Positions 25,363-33,017 of a DNA stretch of 33,017 bases are shown in pieces (positions within the stretch are counted from its first letter, which is position 1; each line of letters opens with the position of its first letter). The stretch spans positions 1 to 33,017 of the forward strand of contig RDNZ01000029.1 of the NCBI GenBank assembly GCA_011364905.1, written 5' to 3'. Made by a program: the position numbers and the translations under genes. The DNA comes from Candidatus Thorarchaeota archaeon. Its GTDB lineage: Archaea; Asgardarchaeota; Thorarchaeia; Thorarchaeales; Thorarchaeaceae. The notes under the pieces were generated by a model, which was given only the letters and a program-made list of their open reading frames with translations, did not search any database and was not told the DNA's origin.

Positions 25363-26427
25363 CTAGAAGAAATCCGAAAGCGTACTCTGGTGCGTGGAGC
25401 CCCGGATTTCTTCAAGAGCAGCTGTTAATCTCTCAAACGATTTTTGTACTCTTGCCTCGCTGAAGTCGTGCTCTGTGCAGAGGATCCTATGCAACTCGTC
25501 AAACTGAGGATTTGACCATTCTGGAGGGGACATGTCTACTTCCGGCGGATTGAGAAAAATCTCTCGAATCTCGGTATATGGAATTTCTTGGATTTCTGTA
25601 AGTTTCTCCTTGTCCTTAGGTTTCTTAGATTTCTGAAAAACAGATTCAAGATTCTCAATGGTTCCATGTTTCTGAATCAACTTCAAGGCGGTCTTTGGGC
25701 CGATTCCGGTTACACTGTCATTGTAGTCAGTCCCGATTAGTATGGCAACATCGATAAGCTTCTCACGAGTTAGATCCATAAGCCGGAGGTTCTTGTCGAG
25801 GTCTATTATTTCTGGAGTTATCGGTACTGAGGAACGACCACCTCGTCGCCTCCCAGACAGAGAAAGATTCCGAATCATTCGAGGGCAATTATAGAGTAAT
25901 GAATCGTTATCTTGGCTGGCGCTGGCCCAGACCAATCCCGAACGGGCCATTTGAGCAGCCAGTGCTTCGCCTTCCGAAGGTGCTTGAATGGCAGGGATTC
26001 CCAATGCGACCAGCAGGTTCTTGCTCTCATCAATCATAGAGGTTGTCAATCTGGAACTACCCTTCGCAGCCTTCAATGCATCCTCAGTCCGTCCTTCAGC
26101 TTGGGCAACCTTCCATTCTACGTATGCGGCTTCACGAATCTCTCTCCTTTTTTGGACCTCTTTAGCCTTCAATTTGGGGGCCTCGCCATCGAATACATAC
26201 ACAGGATAGATGCCATTCTCAAGCAAGTTTATGTTACGATAGAAAAGTCCACTCAGATGGCTAGTTACTCGACCCTGTCTGTCCGACAAGGGAGTTCCAT
26301 CCGGCTGTCTTATAATTGATAAAAACGCATAGATGGCGTTGAATGCATCAACAGCAATTTTCCGTCCAGACAGGTCAGTCAATGAAACAGGTGTTGCATC
26401 AACAATATCACCAAGTTTGGTGCCCAT
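25363..26427 (-). CDS. fen: Flap endonuclease 1
   Basis: AVDAFN..Y.FLS.IRQPDG.PL, TSHLSGLFYR, APSEGEA, SQDNDSLL, GTDYN..GIGPKTA and C-terminal PIP box QSTLSDFF. Confidence 0.97.
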   Translation of the reverse strand: MGTKLGDIVDATPVSLTDLSGRKIAVDAFNAIYAFLSIIRQPDGTPLSDRQGRVTSHLSGLFYRNINLLENGIYPVYVFDGEAPKLKAKEVQKRREIREAAYVEWKVAQAEGRTEDALKAAKGSSRLTTSMIDESKNLLVALGIPAIQAPSEGEALAAQMARSGLVWASASQDNDSLLYNCPRMIRNLSLSGRRRGGRSSVPITPEIIDLDKNLRLMDLTREKLIDVAILIGTDYNDSVTGIGPKTALKLIQKHGTIENLESVFQKSKKPKDKEKLTEIQEIPYTEIREIFLNPPEVDMSPPEWSNPQFDELHRILCTEHDFSEARVQKSFERLTAALEEIRGSTHQSTLSDFF

Positions 26428-26577
26428 TCAATCCGCTCCTTCGTCATTCATACACTCAGTAGTGCCTAGAGGATATATGTTTGGCGTGATATTTACACTT
26501 CGACAGATTTATAATAATTCATCAGCACCGCCCCCCAGACTGGTGCCCTAGGTATCAGTAAACCTTCTGGTGATAAT

Positions 26578-26754
26578 TTGGCAACTATAAGAGCTATCAG
26601 GTGTACTTCGTGTCACGCGTCTGTGTCCCCACAAGAAAACTGCGTGAAGTACAAGTGTCCATCATGCGGTGAGTTCACCATCTGGCGATGTGAGTCATGC
26701 AGACGATTCTCGAACAGGTATACTTGCCCGAATTGCGGATTCGAGGGCCCATAA
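26578..26754 (+). CDS. Small Zn-finger protein (HVO_2753/DUF1610-like), 58 aa, absent from ORF track
   Basis: TTG start after GGTGA; MATIRAIRCTSCHASVSPQENCVKYKCPSCGEFTIWRCESCRRFSNRYTCPNCGFEGP has four CxxC and a GFEGP end; canonical position upstream of aEF-1b. Confidence 0.9.
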   Translation: MATIRAIRCTSCHASVSPQENCVKYKCPSCGEFTIWRCESCRRFSNRYTCPNCGFEGP

Positions 26755-26778
26755 CTAGACTTCGGAGTTGTAAGTGAG

Positions 26779-27045
26779 TTGGCGCGAGTTGTTATGACTC
26801 TTAGAATAATGCCCGAGGATCCTGACGTGGATTTGGATGATTTACTGGAGAGAATCAAAGAAGTCATTCCGAAGGGAACTGATTTAGGAGCAACGGAAAC
26901 ACAACCAGTGGCATTTGGCCTTCAAGCTCTCAGAATGAACCTAGCAAGAGACGAGTCGATGGGTGGAACTGACGATATAGAAGAGGCCATAAGCACTGTT
27001 GAGGGTGTATCACAAGTAGAAGTTGAAAGAGTTTCAAGGATGTAA
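26779..27045 (+). CDS. ef1b: Elongation factor aEF-1 beta
   Basis: LRIMPEDPDVDLD.L, PVAFGL.AL and GGTDDIEE....VEGVSQVEV. Confidence 0.93.
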   Translation: MARVVMTLRIMPEDPDVDLDDLLERIKEVIPKGTDLGATETQPVAFGLQALRMNLARDESMGGTDDIEEAISTVEGVSQVEVERVSRM

Positions 27046-27252
27046 AAGGCGCGTAGCTGATATGTTCCAGACTCTTGAGAAGCCAATTAACAGGTATTAG
27101 AAGCCTGCAAAGGCAAAATGCTAAGTTCTGTATCTGATTATATGGTTAACAAAGAAACATTGAATAGCAGAAACAAGACGGATTTTAATGACTGAGGCTT
27201 TCCGTCCGGTTTCTCATACTATAATAATGGTAGAGGAGGATGCTTCAAAGAA

Positions 27253-29460
27253 ATGGTCGAGATTATCCTTAAGGTCGCAGAGGCCGAACACAGAGACATT
27301 GGTCGGTTCATAGTCCGTATTGATGCTGTTTCAATGGAGAAGCTGGGAGTGAGAACTGGAGATATCATCCAGATCAAGGGCAAAAGATTGACTGCTGCCA
27401 TCGCTTGGCCAGCTTATCAGGGCGACAAAGGCAGAGAGATTATTCGGATGGATGGGCGAATCAGAAGAAATGCTGGTGTCAGTCTCAGTGAGAAAGTCAC
27501 TGTCACTCGAGCTAACGAAGAACCAGCCAAGAACGTGACACTTGCACCCACTTCAGTGCCAATCAGACCTGAACCACGGTTTGAGGAGTTCGTTAAGAGA
27601 AAACTGCTGAACTGTCCTGTGACGACTCAAGACACTGTGTTCATACCAATTCTTGGGAGAGCAATACCCTTCAAGGTTACCTCCATAAAACCAGCTGGCA
27701 CAGTTGTAGTCCAGCACTCTACGATTCTAGTCATTGCAGAGAAACCGACTGGAGATGTTATTGGTGCCGCACAGGTGACTTATGAGGAGATTGGTGGGCT
27801 CTCTGATGCAATTCAGAGAATCCGGGAGATGGTGGAACTCCCAATGAAACACCCAGAGATCTTCAAGAGATTGGGAATAGATCCGCCACGAGGGCTAATT
27901 CTCCACGGACCGCCTGGGACAGGAAAGACCCTGCTAGCAAAGGCTGTCGCTGGAGAGTCTGAGGCCAATTTTGTACATATCAATGGTCCGGAGATTATGT
28001 CTAAATTTTATGGTGAGTCAGAACAGAAACTACGGAAAATCTTTGAAGAAGCAGAGGAGAATGCACCGAGTATCATTTTCATTGATGAGCTAGATGCAAT
28101 CGCTCCTAAAAGAGAAGATGTGCAGGGCGAAGTCGAAAGACGAGTTGTCGCTCAGCTGTTGGCAACGATGGATGGACTTAAGGTACGTGGTCAGGTGGTT
28201 GTCATAGGTGCGACCAATCGTGTCAATGCTCTTGATCCTGCACTCAGACGCCCCGGAAGATTCGACAGAGAAATCGAGATTGGAGTTCCAGATGAAACAG
28301 GAAGACTGGAAGTGCTTCTCATTCATTCAAGAGGGATGCCGTTGACTACCGAGGGTGAAAATACAGTGAACTTGCAGGACCTGGCGAAGATTACCCACGG
28401 ATTTGTAGGTGCGGACCTCAATGCGTTATGTAGAGAAGCTGCAATGAAGGCCCTCAGAAGGTACCTCCCACAGATAGATTTGGAGGCTGATGAAATACCT
28501 CAAGATGTACTCGAGAAACTTGAGGTTCATTATGATGATTTCCTGGAGGCTTTGAAGGAGATCCAGCCATCCGCAGTTAGGGAGGTATTCATCGAAGTTC
28601 CCAACACGAGTTGGAGCGATATCGGAGGACTAGAGAAAGCAAAGCAGGAGCTGAAAGAGGTCGTTGAATGGCCACTTAAGAAACCTGAGTCATTTAGCCG
28701 ACTTGGTATCACACCACCTAAGGGGGTCCTTGTCTTTGGACCTCCAGGATGTGGAAAAACACTCTTGGCAAGAGCTGTAGCAACTGAGAGCGAGGCAAAC
28801 TTCATCAGTGTGAAAGGTCCTGAACTCATATCGAAATGGGTGGGCGAAAGCGAGAAGGCAATTCGAGAAGTCTTCAGAAAAGCAAGAACAGCGGCACCAG
28901 CCATTATCTTCTTCGATGAGATCGATGCTCTGGCTCCCACAAGAGGAGCAGGAGGAGATGGCCCTGGTGCAGTACATAATCAGAGAGTGATTAGTCAACT
29001 TCTGACAGAGATGGACGGACTGGAATCAATGAAAGACATCGTCGTTATTGCTGCCACAAATCGTCCGGAGCTTATTGATAAAGCACTCTTGAGGACAGGC
29101 AGATTCGATCGTTTCGTTTATGTTGATGCTCCAGATGCAGACAGTAGAAAGGCCATTTTTGAGATATATACGAAGGGCATGCCTCTCGATACCGATGTCA
29201 AGAAGCAGATTGGCAAGCTTGTTGAGCTGACAGAGAACTATGTCGGTGGCGACATAGAAGCAATCTGTAGAGAGGCGGGCATGAGAGCTTTAAGGGAGAG
29301 CATGGATAATGAACTGGTTTCTTGGAGACATTTCGAAGAGGCAGTCGGCTCAGTACATTCTTCTGTGACAAAAGAGATGTTGGAACGCTACAGGAAGATG
29401 GATATGACTTTACGAAGAGCAACCGAAGTGGATGAAGCCGCTCGTGCAATGTATGGCTAG
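27253..29460 (+). CDS. cdc48: Cdc48/VCP/p97 AAA+ ATPase
   Basis: N-domain plus two AAA modules ([16 protein letters not shown]; IDE/FDE Walker B; RRPGRFDR) and C-terminal HbYX motif MYG. Confidence 0.97.
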   Translation: MVEIILKVAEAEHRDIGRFIVRIDAVSMEKLGVRTGDIIQIKGKRLTAAIAWPAYQGDKGREIIRMDGRIRRNAGVSLSEKVTVTRANEEPAKNVTLAPTSVPIRPEPRFEEFVKRKLLNCPVTTQDTVFIPILGRAIPFKVTSIKPAGTVVVQHSTILVIAEKPTGDVIGAAQVTYEEIGGLSDAIQRIREMVELPMKHPEIFKRLGIDPPRGLILHGPPGTGKTLLAKAVAGESEANFVHINGPEIMSKFYGESEQKLRKIFEEAEENAPSIIFIDELDAIAPKREDVQGEVERRVVAQLLATMDGLKVRGQVVVIGATNRVNALDPALRRPGRFDREIEIGVPDETGRLEVLLIHSRGMPLTTEGENTVNLQDLAKITHGFVGADLNALCREAAMKALRRYLPQIDLEADEIPQDVLEKLEVHYDDFLEALKEIQPSAVREVFIEVPNTSWSDIGGLEKAKQELKEVVEWPLKKPESFSRLGITPPKGVLVFGPPGCGKTLLARAVATESEANFISVKGPELISKWVGESEKAIREVFRKARTAAPAIIFFDEIDALAPTRGAGGDGPGAVHNQRVISQLLTEMDGLESMKDIVVIAATNRPELIDKALLRTGRFDRFVYVDAPDADSRKAIFEIYTKGMPLDTDVKKQIGKLVELTENYVGGDIEAICREAGMRALRESMDNELVSWRHFEEAVGSVHSSVTKEMLERYRKMDMTLRRATEVDEAARAMYG

Positions 29461-29480
29461 ACGATGATGGTGTGATGAAA

Positions 29481-29741
29481 ATGGCTCCATGGAACGCAAT
29501 GCCTATGACAAATCTAGTGGTCGAGATTGTGAAAAAGCGACGAGGGGTCATTCTCGATGACGAACTAATAAGAGCCCTAAAGAAAGAACTGGGAACTGAG
29601 CCTAGTGAAGCTGAACTCAATGCTGCTCTGTTGCAGCTTGAGATTAATGGACTGGTACATGTAAGCCAGATAACCAAGACGAAACGTCGGATTGAGATCA
29701 TCACTGAGGGAGCACAATTCCTTGCGGTAGATGAGGATTAA
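29481..29741 (+). CDS. Small winged-helix-like conserved hypothetical protein
   Basis: ELNAALLQLEINGLVHV helix-plus-wing pattern; tightly packed between cdc48 and ribL. Alternative starts at 29472/29475. Confidence 0.7.
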   Translation: MAPWNAMPMTNLVVEIVKKRRGVILDDELIRALKKELGTEPSEAELNAALLQLEINGLVHVSQITKTKRRIEIITEGAQFLAVDED

Positions 29742-29759
29742 GCAGCAGGTGACATCCCA

Positions 29760-30221
29760 ATGAAAGGAAAGCGAGTCCTTGCAGCGGGAAAGTTCGATAT
29801 TCTTCACCTTGGGCACATATCCTATCTTGAACAGGCAAAGGAACTGGCAGGTGAGGACGGAGAACTGATTGTGGTCATTGCTCTTGACAAGACCATCACC
29901 AGAGAACGCGGCGCCCCCCCAGTGTTCCCACAAGAACAAAGGCGAAGAATTGTTGAGTCCTTGAAGTTTGTAGATAAGGCCTTAATCGGTCTTGACACTG
30001 ACGACCATACGAAGATTGTTTCAGAGATTAATCCGGACATCGTGGCTTTGGGGTATGACCAATATACCGACACTAAGGTGATGGAGTCATTCTTTGCAAG
30101 ACAGGGTCTAAAAACAAAAATCGTAAGACTAGAGAAGCGTGATGCAGAGGGACTTTGTTCATCCACCCTAATCAGAAAGCGCATTATTGATTACTACAAG
30201 GATAATGGGACTCCGCGCTAG
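29760..30221 (+). CDS. ribL: FAD synthase (archaeal RibL, cytidylyltransferase-like)
   Basis: AGKFDILHLGH (HxGH), RRRIVESLK.VD.A..G, PDIVALGYDQ and SST.IR. Confidence 0.8.
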   Translation: MKGKRVLAAGKFDILHLGHISYLEQAKELAGEDGELIVVIALDKTITRERGAPPVFPQEQRRRIVESLKFVDKALIGLDTDDHTKIVSEINPDIVALGYDQYTDTKVMESFFARQGLKTKIVRLEKRDAEGLCSSTLIRKRIIDYYKDNGTPR

Positions 30222-30224
30222 ACA

Positions 30225-31580
30225 TCAGATGATTAGTTCACCTCGAGCCTCAGCTTGACGAATGATCTCATTCTTCTTCTCTATCCGCTCAAACTCCCAT
30301 TTCCACGCCAGATATACAAACACTGCAAGAACAAGTGTGATGGCTAGACCGATAATGGCGTCACCTCCGAGCTTGAAGTGTTCCGTGAAATCAGGCAATG
30401 GACCAGTAGTGAAGTAGTCCCAGTTACAGAACAGCCCAAGTAGATAGATAAAACCAACAACTGCCAGCTCCTTCATATAACCTGAAGCGTGCTCATCCTT
30501 GTCGAAGAGTACAACCATAGCCGCCATCCAATACAGGTACCAGGGCATAATCCAGCGAAATGCAAAGAGTATTCCAGGCAGTAAATACAGGTAGAGTGGT
30601 TTGAGCTCGAGAAGCTTTAGACGAATGGATTTTGCTTCTAGGTCCTGCTTAGAAGGCAGGTATGGTCTAATTGTCTTCAACATGAAGAACGCATAGAGGA
30701 CGATAGGAATAGCAGCAGGTGGCCACCAATAGTAAGTGATCGGGTCTGCAGCCAAGTTGGGCGTACCCCAAATCAAGCCAGGGAACATCGGATTCACAAT
30801 GTACACACTATAGCTGGCTGTGTTGAGAAAGTGAGAGATTAGGGATTGAAAGCTGGCCCCGAAGAACGAAGGTATGACGGAAACAAACATTGAACCAATG
30901 AACCATACTGAGGATATGGGATTCATAAGGAACAGTAATGGAAATGCAACAACAGAGTAGATTTTGGTCTGTACACTCAGGCCGAGAGTAAACATCCCTT
31001 TGCCATACTGCTTCTCCTGCCAGAGGACAAAGGACATCAACAAAAGGCAGTCCACAAGGGGTTCAAGTTTCCCACCACCTGCAGACATCAAGAGACCATA
31101 GACAAAATAGCCTGCAAAGAACAAACGAGCCCATCTTTTGGTATGCAATTTCTCCTTTAACAGAATCGATAACAAGACTAGGTTCAGATTGAAGACCAAG
31201 ACCAATAGAAAATTGAGCCATAACGGCTGCAATCCTCCAGCACCGGGGAACAACCACGTGGCTATTGCAAAGAAGATTAAACCAAAGACCGGATATTCGT
31301 ATGCTATTCCGCCCAGGTAGTCGGGTAGAACATGTTGTCCATCATTGAATACTACGAAATCACCACCCCGAGCCGCCATAGCTGCAGCAAGGTCAGTGTC
31401 GTTCATTTGGTACACGCCGAAGCCATAGATCCAGAAGGCCTCGCCATACATCTCATTTCTGTTGCGGTCTCTTTGGATGACGAGAACATTGGCAATGGGG
31501 ATAGCGATTAATGACATCACGAGCGAGAGCACTAGGTACTTGCGGTACCTGTAGATGTGCAAACTTATCGCTGACAGCAT
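30225..31580 (-). CDS. Polytopic membrane protein, probable GT-C fold glycosyltransferase (GT87/PIG-M-like)
   Basis: N-terminal TM, external loop with D-x-x-x-F and YEYP, then ~10 TM with KIY...FP and MPWYLYW motifs. Confidence 0.55.
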   Translation of the reverse strand: MLSAISLHIYRYRKYLVLSLVMSLIAIPIANVLVIQRDRNRNEMYGEAFWIYGFGVYQMNDTDLAAAMAARGGDFVVFNDGQHVLPDYLGGIAYEYPVFGLIFFAIATWLFPGAGGLQPLWLNFLLVLVFNLNLVLLSILLKEKLHTKRWARLFFAGYFVYGLLMSAGGGKLEPLVDCLLLMSFVLWQEKQYGKGMFTLGLSVQTKIYSVVAFPLLFLMNPISSVWFIGSMFVSVIPSFFGASFQSLISHFLNTASYSVYIVNPMFPGLIWGTPNLAADPITYYWWPPAAIPIVLYAFFMLKTIRPYLPSKQDLEAKSIRLKLLELKPLYLYLLPGILFAFRWIMPWYLYWMAAMVVLFDKDEHASGYMKELAVVGFIYLLGLFCNWDYFTTGPLPDFTEHFKLGGDAIIGLAITLVLAVFVYLAWKWEFERIEKKNEIIRQAEARGELII

Positions 31581-31685
31581 TTCACGCTCGACCGACGTGT
31601 GTTTTCAATGCGGAAATAATAACCTTGCTGTTACAAATTCGCGCCAAAAAAGCGTGTTTCAAAGGAGATGTATGACTATAAGACG

Positions 31686-33017
31686 CTATGCAAGGTAGGT
31701 TGGACAAGGCCAATTGTCACATTTGAAACAGTTTGTGCACTTTTCTGAATCAACTGAAATCTTTCCTGCATCGAGGGTCAAAGCACCATGTTCGCACTGG
31801 GGCACACATGAGCCACACTCCTGACAGAAAGTCGCTCTCCTGACTGCACGTTCCATCTTCTTGGTCAGTCGGTCTACAGACTTCTCGTCAACTCCTCTGA
31901 CAACCACTGAACCAGACGAGAAGAGCGCAATGCTGTTCCTCCCTGCTGTTGTCCTTAGTGCACCTAGCTCTTCTGACAGCTTTGTTTCACCGAATATCGG
32001 GAACACCTTGGAAACTCTGTTCAGATCAATACCTGATGAGAAAGCGCCTTCTAGACTAAAACCTGATTTAGAACAGGGAGAGATTCCTTTGGTCACCTGA
32101 AGAGAGATGGTTTCTCCTGGACTTGTCCGATCAGGTTCAACATCCAGACCCAGCTTATTAGCCAGCTTGATTTGACCCTTCGGTAGCTTTTTCCATCTCC
32201 AGAATCCCATCTCAATCCATTCATCTGGATATCCGTACTTCCCAGCCCATTCTCGCATCATGGACTCCCATTTCTCATGGAGCTCTGGATGAGTGTCCCT
32301 TAGACTTTCCAGCTCAGCTAGGGGAGATGAGGGGCAGAGGTAACAACCCATCCTGTGATATCCACGGTTGTATAGTGGGTTGAATTGAACCTTTTCCCTG
32401 AAGATATAGAGCCAGACCTCGAGAGCATTCCAGTTTTGAATAGGATTTGCGGAAACCTGACCAGGGACCCATGGATTTTCAGTCACCCGTGGTTCAATGG
32501 ACCTCTGAAATGATTCCAGTTTCCTTTGTCCCATGAAACTCAAGGTCGCTCCACCCATTTCATCAGCAATAGAGGTGGCTGCAGGACCCAGCTTCAATAC
32601 CTTGCAGCACCATCGAAAATCACGGGCTGGCGGTCCAAATACATCAACAGACTCCCAGAAGCGATCCCCTGCCTCCTGTCCGATGATTTGGACATCTCGA
32701 GACTTGGCGAAATTCTTGATGTGTTCAACAGTTTCTGGTAGCTCAATGCCTGTATCCATGAAAAAAATCGGAGGGCTAAATCCAATCGCTTTCTCAACAA
32801 GCAGGTATGTGGCGAGTGAGTCCTTCCCGCCGCTGAAACCCACGACTACAGGGATATCCTGCTTAGCAGCAGTCCGTTTAATGAATGAGATGACTTCCTC
32901 TTCGGCAACTGCTAGGTCACTAGTGTTAGCCCGCACAGCCGCCTCCCAAGTGGCTGTCTTTTGGTTTTCATTCGCAGGCCGAGGATCCTCCACTGCACGG
33001 ATTTTCACAGCAAATCC
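31686..33017 (-). CDS. PAPS/APS reductase family protein with C-terminal 2x[4Fe-4S] ferredoxin domain (5' partial)
   Basis: FSGGKDS PP-loop, DTGIELPET, RWCCKVLK, RMGCYLCP, and C-terminal CxxCxxCxxxC / CxxCxxC..CP. The frame stays open to the window end. Confidence 0.85.
   Translation of the reverse strand, partial: GFAVKIRAVEDPRPANENQKTATWEAAVRANTSDLAVAEEEVISFIKRTAAKQDIPVVVGFSGGKDSLATYLLVEKAIGFSPPIFFMDTGIELPETVEHIKNFAKSRDVQIIGQEAGDRFWESVDVFGPPARDFRWCCKVLKLGPAATSIADEMGGATLSFMGQRKLESFQRSIEPRVTENPWVPGQVSANPIQNWNALEVWLYIFREKVQFNPLYNRGYHRMGCYLCPSSPLAELESLRDTHPELHEKWESMMREWAGKYGYPDEWIEMGFWRWKKLPKGQIKLANKLGLDVEPDRTSPGETISLQVTKGISPCSKSGFSLEGAFSSGIDLNRVSKVFPIFGETKLSEELGALRTTAGRNSIALFSSGSVVVRGVDEKSVDRLTKKMERAVRRATFCQECGSCVPQCEHGALTLDAGKISVDSEKCTNCFKCDNWPCPTYLA

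Noticed and set aside
29198-30184. Several 120-168 aa minus-strand ORFs
   Set aside because: Antisense to cdc48, the wH gene and ribL, which have clear family motifs.
1-33017. Selenocysteine/pyrrolysine readthrough
   Set aside because: Recognised proteins appear full length at their stops, with no in-frame UGA/UAG splitting a domain.

Overview
Archaeal chromosomal segment, most likely from an Asgard archaeon, probably Thorarchaeia. This is inferred from a ribophorin-I-like protein, an RPA32-like OB+wH protein, archaeal TopoVI/aIF1A/aIF2b/FEN1/Cdc48 and an archaeal-type tRNA-Gln. The left ~4 kb is accessory-looking: PrcB-C protein, two GNATs, cupin, a bacterial-like thioesterase, and a ~500 bp intergenic block with strong RNA structure. 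Next come a Gfo/Idh/MocA oxidoreductase and a minus-strand run gcvPA-gcvPB-LpdD/PAC-like-ubiquitin-like-MtaB. These are followed by Trm112, tRNA-Gln(UUG), an HD protein, and a 991-aa ribophorin-I-like protein with an unusual DOMON[FKBP insert]-Ig N-terminus, head-to-head with a GPT/Alg7-like transferase. The conserved archaeal informational cluster follows (top6A/B, dim2, rio1, aIF1A, nmd3, DUF424, aIF2b, RPA2, fen1, Zn-finger, aEF1b, cdc48, ribL). The window ends with a GT-C-like membrane protein and a truncated PAPS-reductase-family Fe-S protein. No mobile elements or CRISPR arrays were seen. The best novelty candidates are the PPIase/DOMON-fused ribophorin locus and the putative pseudoknotted ncRNA at ~3967-4136. 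All family calls are from motif recognition by eye; no searches were run.
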